A stretch of DNA of 64,000 nucleotides, from assembly GCA_958009085.1 (NCBI GenBank), contig OY253668.1, positions 1,984,001-2,048,000 on the forward strand, read 5' to 3'. How positions within the stretch are numbered: the stretch's first letter is position 1; each line of letters begins with the position of its first letter. The DNA is from Protoeuglena noctilucae. Lineage: Eukaryota. The position numbers were made by a program, and so were the translations under genes. Positions 25,001 through 36,700 of the stretch are shown piece after piece. Under the pieces are notes generated by a model. The model searched no databases, was not told where the DNA came from, and was given only the letters and a program-made list of their open reading frames with translations.

Positions 25001-28000
25001 ACCGTCTCGTTGACTGGAGGCGCTTGCGTACTACACGCAGGTACAAGCGCGGGGACCTGAACGGCCGCAACGTGGCGAGCCTGATGCCCCCGCCCTTCTG
25101 CCAGCAACACGACCGCTTTGTCAAGAACTACGTCATGACGGGCGTGCCCAAGATCCTAAACCGCACGCGCAAGGTCGTGGCGCTCTCGCACGACCGGTCG
25201 GTATTAGCGGTGCAGCTGTGCGTGACCAAGATCTCCCAAGCTGGCCGCGACGCCTTCATGGGCGTGATGCGGAAGATCGAGGAGGACCCTCGTGTGGCCA
25301 AGTGCTACGTGACCCCTCAGGGACACGTGCTGTCGGTGTCCAAGGCCTTCACGACCATGATGGGCTACACGGGGGACGAGGTGGTCGGCCAGCCCCTCGA
25401 CACGGCCTTCATGAACGAGGCGCAAGTGATGGAGCTCATGCAGAGGGCCATCCGGGGCGGGGAGGGCGCTGTGGTGACCGAGATGGCGCGGGTCGTGTCC
25501 AAGTTCGGCGAGGAGTTCGAGGCCGATCTTTCGACCGAGGTGGCGGGGAGCGAGGCGGCACGCATCGTCGTCATCAGCGTCAAGCGCCGCGGCGAGGAGC
25601 GCGCGGCTGCCGTCGTGGACGCCCGCGGCGCCTTCATCGCGGCGAACGTGCTGCTCGAGCGACTCACGGGCTTCTCGGAGGCAGTGCTCAAAGACATGAG
25701 CGTCACGGACCTGTTCCCCGAGCCCCTGCGCACGCTGCACGGGGAGAAGGTCAAGGAGCGGGGGGACGGCGTCGCGGCGCGCGTGCTGTACCTACACGGC
25801 CGCGTGATGGAGCTGGCCCTCGACAACGGCGCCACCGCCCTCGCCCGCATCTCCGTCATCGCCAAGCGCGTCGCCCGGGACGCCTCGGCCGCCGCCCTCG
25901 CCTCCAACGACGCCATGATGTACTTCGACGTGCTCTCTCCTGCCGACTTCCTCCTCCAGACCGCCATTGAGGTCGAGGTGGCGCAGGACGGCACCATCGC
26001 CGCCGCCCGCACCCTCCCCGCCGCCTTCGGCTACGCAGAGGGGGACCTGCTGGGCCAGGACCTGTCAGCCGTGCTCGACAGCGCAGAGCGCGGCATCCCC
26101 CTCGTCGCCGCCATCGCCAAGCACCGCCAGGCCTCCCCGCTCCCCATGCCGGTCCCCGTCATCGCTCGCGGTGGCATTCTGACCGCCGCCGTCATGGAGG
26201 TGATGCCCGGGCCCCGCCTCTCGCTGCGCCTCAGCCGCATCGACGCCATGTGCATCGTGGCGGAGGTCGACGAGGCCCTCACCGTCCTAAGCCTCTCGGG
26301 CCCCGTGACGCCTCTCACCGGGTACGCTCCCGACGCATTGGTTGGCAAGCCCTTGCTGGACCTGCTACCCCGCCTGGACCTCCCCTCGCCCACGCTCTCC
26401 GGGATGCTCGACTCGGGCCTCCCCAAGTCCGGGGGCATCCGCAAAGCGCAGCGCCTGGGCCGCAGCCACCTCAATGTCGACCTGCAGTGTCGAGACAGGA
26501 CTTACAAGGCCAACGTGCAGGCGGTCGAGAATCGGGAGGCGGGGACGCGGGGGTTCGTCATGATCGAGGCCCTGGGCCACCCCATCCCGGGCCCCTTCGG
26601 CAGCGGGCAGATCGTGCACACCGGCAACGTCGACCTGGGCGCACAGCTGGCCCTGCCGGGGTCCCCGAGGGGCCTGACATCGCCGCGCTCGCTCGTGAGG
26701 CAGGCCACGGGACCCCGCAGGCCCCTATCGGTCCGGCGGGGGTCCCTGGACGGCGCAGCGGGCGCTGCCGCGGCGGCGGCGGCGGTGGGCGGCGCAGCGA
26801 CCCCTCTGCCCGGCGTGGAGGGCGCAGAGAGTGGCGACGCGGAAGTCCACGCCGAGGGCGCGGTCGTGGCCACGCAGCCGCGGACGGGTAGCGGCCACGG
26901 GTCGCCCTCTCACGTGGCCTTCCAGGACCCGCAAGCCACCGAGGACAAGCCGGCCACCCATGACCAGCCCAGTGGCGATCGCGCTTCCCCCGCTGCCCCT
27001 GCTCTCGACTCCTCCGCAGCGCTGCCCCTCCACATGCGCCTCAGCGAGCGCAGCCCCACCCCCGCCCGGGCGCCCATGCCTGCTGGTATCGTGGATGCCG
27101 CAGCTGCTGCTGGGGACGGGAGCGACGGTGCGGAGGACTCGCGCCGATCGGAGGAGCGGTCGTCGCAGCGCAGCTTCGCGTACAGCCGCATGCGCGACTG
27201 GGTGGACAGCGGCGGGTCGCCCCACCCCGCGGACGGGTTTGCGGAGGCGGAGGGCGGGGCGCTAGAGGCGCAGCCGCTGCGTGCGGCGGCCATCAGCAAG
27301 CTGCAGGGGCACCTGGAGGGGCGGCTGCAGGGCAGGGTGGCGTCGCGGATGGCACTGAGGGACGCGGTGGTGAAAGAGGGCGAAGGTGAGTGGATGCGCG
27401 GGGTGGATGGGTGGGGTGGGGGTGCTTGGTGGTTTGTGGCATGTGGGATGTGGCGTCGCACTGAACTGGCCCTTCTTCGCTCTCCATGCTTTCTGTCAAT
27501 ATCTATTTCTCGTCTTCATTCATCTCATCTAGTCTCATCTGCCCCTTGTCGATCCGACTGTCTTCGCAGGATCGGTGTTTGACAGCACCCGGCCCGCCAT
27601 GGCTTCCCGCCATGACAACAAGACAGGGGACGCACCCAAGTCGGCGCTGGTGAGGGGGCTTGTTAGAATGATCAACGCCACACTACACGCACGGTGCATG
27701 CGCTGGCATAGCTTGGCTTATCAGCAGTACCGTCGCAGCGCAAGGCGGGAGACGTGACATGTGAGGTGGGATGTCGGTGCATGGTCGATAAACACCAATT
27801 GTTCTCTTCGACTCCCTGCAGCGCGCCACTCTGATAGACGGCACCTTGGCGGCTGCGGCGGACTCGAGGCATGCCGACCGGTGAGTGCCTGTTGCATGGA
27901 CTGACTGAGGCATGATGATGGATTGACGCTTGCCAGCCAGTGAGCGCCTGCCTGTCTGTGCTCATCATGACTCCACATCTCACCTGCACCCGTGCCGTTG

Positions 28001-31000
28001 TCTCATCAGTCTCCTCAATCAGTCTCACCACACTCTGCTATCTTAAACGACCATCGCCGTTTCATACGCAGGCCCGTCGATGCTTCCGAGAGGCACGCGG
28101 GCATCGAGGCGACCCTCCACGCCAAGACATCCAAGAAAGACTCCACGGCCAGCGCAGAGACGGCAGACAACGCCGACGCGACCGCAGAGCAGCGACAGGA
28201 GACCGCCATTGCCGCAGCCGATGCGCAGGGTGGTGGTGACGCGAACGCCGCACCGACCAACGAGGGTGGCTGCGAGGAGGCCGACGTGGTGGCGCTGCAG
28301 CTGCCGCCCGCGCTGCGCCGCCCAAAGCGCCTGAGCTTCGCCAAGCGAGCGACGGGCAACACGGAGGCCACATCGGCCCTCCCGACCCCGTCGTCGCCCC
28401 GCATGGGCAAGGATGCGGCCCCTCTCGACTTCGCCGGCACATTGAGTGCCCCCAAGCGCTACGGCAAGGATCTGGGCGCGTCCCACCCCGTCTCTCCCCG
28501 CCGTGCCAGCAATGCGACCGTCCCTGTGACGGGTCGCAAGAGCAGCGAGGTGGCGCCCGCTTCGGATATGGAGAGCAACGCCGGGGACCGCACGGCTGGG
28601 CAGTACCGTCTGGCGATGAGCGGGCAGGACAAGGATGGCGGGGAGTACGACTCGCATGACTTGCTCCAGCAGGACGACGTGCAGGTGAGGGGTGGGGTGG
28701 GTGGTGGTGGGGGTGGTGGTGGTGGTAGTGATGGTTGGGTTGAGAGGTGGTCTGCGGGTGAAGGCGGGAGTGAGGGTGGTACTGTAGATGGGACGATCTC
28801 ACTCCCTCGATCTCACCTCTCCTTACTGTAACTCCCCTCTCCCACCCCCCCAGGTCAAGGCTCGGAAGTTCAAGCGCATCCACGCCCTCCTCACCACGGG
28901 CGTCATGCACCGCCCGCAAGTGCTGCTCAAGTACGCGCTGTGGGTGGTGGTGGCCGTCATCGCCGCGTCCCACTCGGTGGGGTATGCGGTTACCAGCTCT
29001 GTCATGCGCCACCACTACGTGATGCTCAACCACGTCAACCTCTGCAGTGCCAACATGAAGGGGTCCATGGACATCGTCAGGCGAGGAGACGGGTGCATGT
29101 TAGCATGGTACTACACATCGTATGTGTAATACCGCAAACCGTCTCTTCTCATGTCTGTGTACACCCTCACACGCACCTGCCCCTTGGTCACACACCCTCT
29201 CGCCACTCTCACACACGCGCTCCCCACCCCAACACACCCTCACACACTCTTCCACACCCTCTCTTACACCCCTTCTCACCACTCTGACACTTCCCTTCCC
29301 TCCCTCCACCCCCCCAGGGCCGCCCGCGTCATGCAAGCGATGGCGGTGGGCGTGGCGGTGCCCGGCTATTCATATGACATCGCAGTGCAGGAGCTGCAGG
29401 CCAGGACCACCAGCTTCCTCGCCAACCACAACGCACTCTACACCGCCACCAGCAAGTACCCCGGGAAGTGGGGCAGCACGTTCCACGTGAGTGCAACGAG
29501 GCGCGGCACAGCACGTTGCGTAGCATGGACGGGAATGTGCTGTTGTTAGGGTGTCATGGGCGAGAGGCAGGCTCTGTGGCTGTCCATCACACCATCTCCG
29601 GTCCCCTTTTCCCTCAAATGCTTGTGACTACCGACCAGACCGACACCCCCGCATCGCCACCACCTCTATCCTCCCCCCCAGTCCCTGTGGCTAGACAACG
29701 ACATGAAAGTGACGGAGATGACGTCCTCGGACCTCAACACCTCCACGCTCACCCAATCGCAACGCAACCTGTGGGAGGTGGGCAACGTGTTTGCATCCCA
29801 GGCCTTCCTCCTCGCCAAGGTCACCGCGGAGCAGGCGGCATCTGCGGACGTAGCGCAAGACTCCACGTTCCGGTATCTGATGGACAACGGGGACACCCCG
29901 CTTAATCAGAGATACACGCAAGTGCTCGACGCATTGATCGGACGCGCCAAGTGGAATCTCCATACTATGGGGGTGTCCGCGCTCGTGTTTCTGGCTGTCG
30001 AGGTCGGGGTGGTGGTGCCCGCGGCCATCTGGGTGCTCAAAGCGCGGCTGACGGGCGTTCTGGCGGTGCGGGTACGCCAGATCGCCTTTCTGGTGGCCGT
30101 GCCGAGGGGGGTGCTGGTGGAGCTGGCGAGGCGGTCGATTGAGCTGGAGGATGTGGAGGGGGTGGATGACGGGGAGACGGGGGCTGCGGATAGGGAGGCG
30201 GATAAGGAAGTGGCGATGGCGAGGGACAGAATGGGGGAGGCGAGGCTTTCGTCCAAAGCCATGCGGGCGCTGCTGGCGCAGAAACTGGACTACGAGCGCG
30301 TGTGCGGTGAGTTTGGTAGTAGTGGGGGGGTTTTGGTGGGGTGGGGTGGGGTGGGGTGGGGTGGGGTGGGGAGGGTGGGGGGTGCATCACATCACAGCGA
30401 ACGATACGCTTACTGCCGCTCGTTCATATGCTCACTGCCATTCATGCGCTCACTGCCACTCACTCACGCAAAGCCTGCCACCCTCGTGCCCACCTCCCCT
30501 CCATACACTCACTGCCACCCTCGCTCACCCCCCATCCACTCACACTGCCACCCCTAACCCCCCCCCCCCCCACCCTTCCCCCCGCAGTGGCGCGCGACCA
30601 GATCCTCGCCCGTCGCCCCAAGCAAAAGTCCCACCGGAGCCTGGAGCTGCGCATCATCACTCCTTTCCTGATATGGGCCGCCGTGGTGGCTCTACTGTTC
30701 GGGCTCACCTGGTTACTTCAGACCATCAGCGCCCGTCGATTGGAGCCAATGCGTGCGATGAGCAACCAGAACAACTTCGCTGCCAAGGTTCTCTATCACT
30801 CGACGCAGCTGGTGGTCGAGACGATCAATCAGAGGAACGGGAGCCCCTATGCCATCATGGACACCTCGATTGACAGGTGAGATGGTAGTGAGGGAGTAGA
30901 TAAGGGTGGGGTGTGTGGGTGGTAGATATGCCATCATGGACGCCTCGATTGACGGGTGAGGGAGCGGATGGGGGAGTGGAAGGGTGTGTCTTGTCACAAT

Positions 31001-32574
31001 TTGACGAACAGATGGCTCCCTGGCATGGTGACATAGCGTGCACTGGTCTATGGTAGCCGTGTTCGTGCGTGTGTGCTGCATGCAATCAACGTTCTCTACA
31101 TATCTCACATTCGCAGGAGCGAGTTGAAGGCGACGGCGGACGACATGGAGTCGATCGGCCTGAGCATGATATGGGGAGACCCGCAGCTGCTGGGCAAATA
31201 CGACATGCCGTCGGGGACAGTGTTCCGGAGCAAGCAGCTGCTCGCCATCTACTTCGACGCATTCTGCTTCAAGGTGAGAGGGATGGTTATATACTATGAT
31301 ATTACTATGATATGTACTGGTCTAGTAGTAGAGATGCAGCTGCTGCCATATATCAGGTCAGCCGCACCGCACCGCCACCCAACACCTGTCATCACCCCAA
31401 CCCCCCCTCTCTCCTCCCGCAGACGAATGGCAACTGCAGCGGCGACGTGGATTCCCTCGATGAGCCGTCTTTAGACCGTGGCCTGTTCGCCCTGACATCT
31501 CGGTACATGGACGAAGTGCGGCTGCTGTCGGACGACGATGTCATCGATCTGACCGACACCAACAGCCGGTGAGCGGAGATTGGGGTGGGAGTGGAAAAGC
31601 GATTCATGTGATTGATAGCGACAGCCGGTGAATTGGGATGGGGCTGACCGATACCGACAGCCGGACGCATGTGCTGAGATCAGGAGGCGCAGTTGGCATT
31701 ATCGATGAAATATCAATCCATCCCACAATTTCCCTACTCCCCCCACCCTCTCTCTCCCCCTCAGTTACCAGTTCATCATGTCTCACGGCGTGGAGGAGCT
31801 GGCCAATGCCCTGACCATGGTGGAGGCGATCATCAAAAAGGACCAGCAGATACTGGCCAGCATCGAAGTCATCCACGTGCTGCTGCTCGTGGCCACGCTC
31901 GTCATGAGCCTCAGGTGATGGATAGCACTTGGCAATGCGTGATGATCATCAAAGTTACTGCATGCTCGTCGCGAGCCTTGTCTTGTGTCCCTCTCCCCTT
32001 CCCCAAACACCACTCTTGCGATCGGCACCTTTGCACCCACCCCATAACCCCTCCCTCACCACCCACACACTACCCCCTCCCCTCCCTCACCTCATTACAA
32101 CACCCCCTCCCCTTCCCAACGCAGCTGCATCATTGTCGTCCTCCGCCCTTTAGACCACATACTGGCCGTCGAGAGCAACTACCTGGCCATGCTGTGCTCG
32201 GAGCTGCCACGGGAGCTGGGCGTCGAGGATTTGATCACTGCAGCACGAAACGAGATGGCACGAACCCAGGATGAAAGGGATGATCGGGGCGATGGGGCGA
32301 TGATGGAGAGGGGGGAGGAGGGGGGGGAGAAGGGGGGGGTAACGGGGAAGCATGTGAGTGGGGGTGGGGGTGGGGTAGTGTGGGGGTGGTACGCATGTGA
32401 GTGGTGGGGTGATGGGTGGGGGTGGGTGTGGGGTAGTGTTGGGGTGGTAGAGGGGGTGATAGAGAGGGTGGATGGTATGTGGATGGCTGGCTCATGCAAC
32501 TCATCAGCAACGGTGCTTCCTTTCCCTCGCAGGATGGCCAGGATGCCGGCAACGACAGCGCGGCCGACAAGTGA
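22014..32574 (+). CDS. TmcB-like / FixL-like (FXL) multi-PAS membrane protein, paralog B; roughly 19 exons
   Basis: Same architecture as paralog A: N-terminal TM helices, YRSMLERHPRNSKLLQMYAKFLEEV, PAS GRNVASLMPPPFCQQHDRFVKNYVMTGVPKILNRTRKVVAL, more PAS repeats, a low-complexity linker, and C-terminal TMs ending LCSELPRELGVEDLI. Confidence 0.85.
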
Positions 32575-33795
32575 CCCATCACACACGCGCACCGTCAGAC
32601 GACAACACGGTCACCCATCCCATCACAACCCGGGTCTGACACAGCCTGACGGCCTGACAGCTGTGCTGTCATCGGCTGAGTTGATACGACATGCACAATC
32701 ACGAGCCTCTCGCTACTCCACTTCATAACATGACATGATATGACCTGATATGCTCGTCATACGAGCATATATACGTCCGTGTTCGTTTCCCTTTCCACCG
32801 ACCCACGTAGCGCACACAGGCGGCCGGCTTGCATGCATGGCGCCCTCACCCCATCTCAGCCCACTTGCCGTGACTGTGTGGCATGTATGGGCCGATGCGC
32901 AATACAATACAATACGATAGAGAGTGCGTGAATGGGGTGCTCACACCCCATCTCAGCCCATGCGCCGCAGTGAGTGTGCATGGCGGCATGTGTGGGCCAA
33001 TAATATGCAACATAGAGAGTGCATGTATGGCTCGGCCACTGCAGAGAGAGAGTGGCATAGCCAGAGAGCTTGTGTGTGGCACAGCCATTGCAATCAATGC
33101 ACCGATGGCCATGACAGCGCTTATCGTGTTTGCATGTTACCGCCGTACAGCTTGGCCACTTCCACCCCTCACTCTCTCCTCGTCTCTTTCCCTTGTTTTT
33201 ACTTGTTCCTTTACCCTCGCTGCTGTCAATCAACTTGTCGTGTTGTTGCCACGTACCCTTTGCCCCACTCACTGCGCCCAATAGTCGCTCTCATGGCGGC
33301 ACGCAGTAATGACCACGCAACAGCGCAACAGGCGCGACTGTTGGTGCGTTGGGGACATGTAATTGTCAATATCGCAAATAGTGTCTCGGTGTTCACTGTT
33401 GGTGTTTCCGACAGTCGCACCGTCCTGTGACACCATCCTTTGTTGCTTTGAGCAGCAGCCACTCCCCACTCCTCACGAGCGCCATCCACACCCGCGCTGC
33501 AAGAGGTGAGGTAGCATCTAGAAGATATATTTGATACAACAGGGTACCTGCTGTATGAGTATCAGCATCCATGCGGTGACTGCGGCTGTGACTCTGCATC
33601 TGACTGGCCTTTGAATCCAACAATACACACTGACCGATGTCAACGCGATGGTGATAAAGCGAAAGAGATAGCAGCGATAGCGACAGTCAACTATACGGCA
33701 GGAAACGACACAAGCCCTCTCCACATTCCATCTCTCCACACACACACACCCCGCCATCTGATCCCCCTTGTTACATCTGATCCCCCTCTCTCCCC

Positions 33796-36700
33796 TCATT
33801 TCTTCCCCGCATACAGCTGCCGGAATATCTTGTGTCGCTTGGCGGGTGCCCTGACTGGCGCCGTCTGCGCCTGACGCTTGGCGCCAGAAACGGCGGCGTC
33901 GGCATCCCTGGCATATTCGGCGTAATGCATGTCGTCGGCGCCTGTCAGGGTGGCCAGGGATCCCACCACGCGGCGGACACCCTGGGGGGGTGGGGGTGGG
34001 TGAGGGTGAGGGTGGCAGTGGGGGTGGCAGTGAGCGTGTTGCGATGCAGAAGGGTGCGGGGTGAGGCGATACGCAGAGTGTCTCTCATCATCACACCCAC
34101 AACACCGCACACCCTCACTCACCCCCGCTCCCTGCTTGGTCGCCTTGGCCCCATCGCCCACGATCTCCTCCCTCAGCACATCCTGCGAGACAGTCAGAAG
34201 GAAAATGAGTGTATTACATCTAGTAACCATCTGTGTTACTAGTCATGGTCATTTTCACGATAGTTATTGCAAGCAAGGCGACCAGAGTGCCAGCACCCCC
34301 CTCTCGCATTTACCCATATCCATATATTCACACCCACATTCATCTCCCCTCACCTCCAGCAGCTTCTGCCTGTTCTCTGGCTTGGCCATCCGCGTCTGCT
34401 GCAGCTTGGCGCGGTACGTGGGGTGGCGCCTGAGAGGGAGTGACAGAGAGGGGGAATGTGGTTTGCTGTAAATGGATTACTTGTACATTGAATAGCATAG
34501 TAGTATTACTTGTACATTGAATAGCATAGTAGTACTATCTTCATCATCCATAGCGCCTTCGCCTGCGCTGGTCGTCGACACGACCCTCACTAATCGCACC
34601 CCATGCACATCGCCGCTCCCATATGTTTTTCACAAATGATACGACTAATAATCACCTGAAATAGTCCTCGTAGTCGAGCACCCTATAGCTGTACCCCTGA
34701 TCGACCAGGAACCGCTGCCGCTTGACGCTGAAGTACATCTCACGCGTGTCACGCGAAACGAGCGAATAGAACACAGAGTCCACGCCCATCACGCGAGAGA
34801 CCTGGGGATATATTGGGGATATATTGGGGATACATAGTAGTATTGTGGGAATTATGGTTTTAATATAATATAATATAATATAATATAATATAATATAATA
34901 TAATATAATATAATATAATATAATATAATCCACTCGCCTTCCCCGCCGCTTTCCGCCTCAAGATGCGCCCCAGTCGCTGTGCTTCCTGCCTCCTGGATGC
35001 CCCGTGGGACGCCACTTGGATGATCACATTGGCGTCGGGGATGTCGATCGAATCGTCGCCCACCTTGGAAAGCAACTATGGGGGTGGGGGGATGGTGTGG
35101 GGTTAGGGTGAGATGTGAGTGAGATGTGAGTGAGCTGAGACGTGACTGTTAGTCGAGATGCAGTGCTAATCGCCACCCCCACTTTTCCCCTACTCCTCAC
35201 CAGCGTCTTGATCTTGCCCGTCTTGAATGCCTCCAGTATCTGCATGCGGTCTGCAAGTGATGGGAAAGGGAATGACAGTTTCAGCACATGGTACATAGAT
35301 CGTTTACTATATATCGACTGACCCATCGCATCGCATGTCATCACGCCCGCACACAACCAACGCCTCACCCCAACCCCCCCCACCCCCCTATCAACAATCA
35401 CCTGCCTGCGACGTCTTGCCGTAAATGCAGTTGCGGTTGAACACCTTCTGCATGTGCAGCAGCGCGAAGATGTTGTCCGAGAACACGATCGTGCGGTGGT
35501 TGAGCTCCTCGTGGGTCCTCATCAAAAATTCCACCATCATGTACTTGACGGGGTTGCACACCCACAGGCGCTGGCGGAGCGAGGGGGAGTCGGACTTCAG
35601 GTACTCGCTGCGGGCGGGGGTGAAGTGTGGGGGTATTGGAAATTAATTACAGTAATAATTGTAGTGATGATTATTAGTGAAAGTAAAAGTGACAGTGACA
35701 GTAATGATGGTGATAGTGATAGTATAGTAGTAATGATATAAGAAATAATAATAGTAATAGTAATAGTAACAGTGGTAGTGATAGTGATAGTAATAGTATT
35801 ACTATTATCAAGTAATGAAAACAGCCTCACCGGAAGAACGGCGCCGTCATGGGGCACCATATCTCCAGGCACTCCACCGTGGCGATGTGGCCCTCTTTGG
35901 CCAAGTCACTCCAGTTGGCCTGGGGATGGAAAGGGGGTGCAGCAGTTGCTGTAATATTAGCAGATAGCGAATAGCAGATAGCGTACGTTGTATGTAGGAT
36001 GGTATATGATAACCACCCGCCATTGCCCAATCGCACACCACCACCACCACCACCCACCCCCCTCCATATCCCCCCTCACCTCGTACAGCTTTGGCCCGAT
36101 CAGGAAGTGGAGGTCATTGATGCGGCTGTCCTCCCGGACGAGCGTGGCGGTCAGCCCCAGCTTGCAGTGGCTCTTGATGATGCCAAAAGACTTGCGGAAG
36201 TCGTCGGCAGGGGCCACGTGCACCTCATCCAATATCAGCAGACCCCACTCCATCGACCGGATCATCTGGGAGGGTGAGTACGGTGATGTATATGGTATGG
36301 TATGGCACATACTGAGAGATGGGCAGTGATGGTGCTCTCTAATACATGAGATAGTGGCCTATGGTGACTTGTGAGTAACAATGATAAACCCCACTTTCTC
36401 TGAATCTCGCCTGCATGACCCTCTCGCTCTCCTCGCTCTTCTTCCCCTCGCCCCCCGTCATCATCGTGTAGGTGGTGATCTGGGAGAGACGGGGGGGGGG
36501 GGGGGGGGATGAGAATGAGTGAGCGAGAAAGGTACATACTGGCACTGGCAATCAACAGTGTTATCGTCCATCGCGAAGCAGCACCCAAATCACCCACCCA
36601 TCACATATAGATCTATTACTTAAACATCCCTCACCAGCACCCCGCACGCCCCCGGGAAGAACCTCTTGTCTACATCACATACATCCATCACTCATACATC

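Noticed and set aside
32575..33795. Short ORFs between PAS-B and XPB
   Set aside because: They have no motifs and lower GC. The region is best explained as convergent 3' UTRs or intergenic DNA.
34652..35075. YYIIL-repeat proteins in the ORF track
   Set aside because: They are translations of the intronic (TAATA)n microsatellite.
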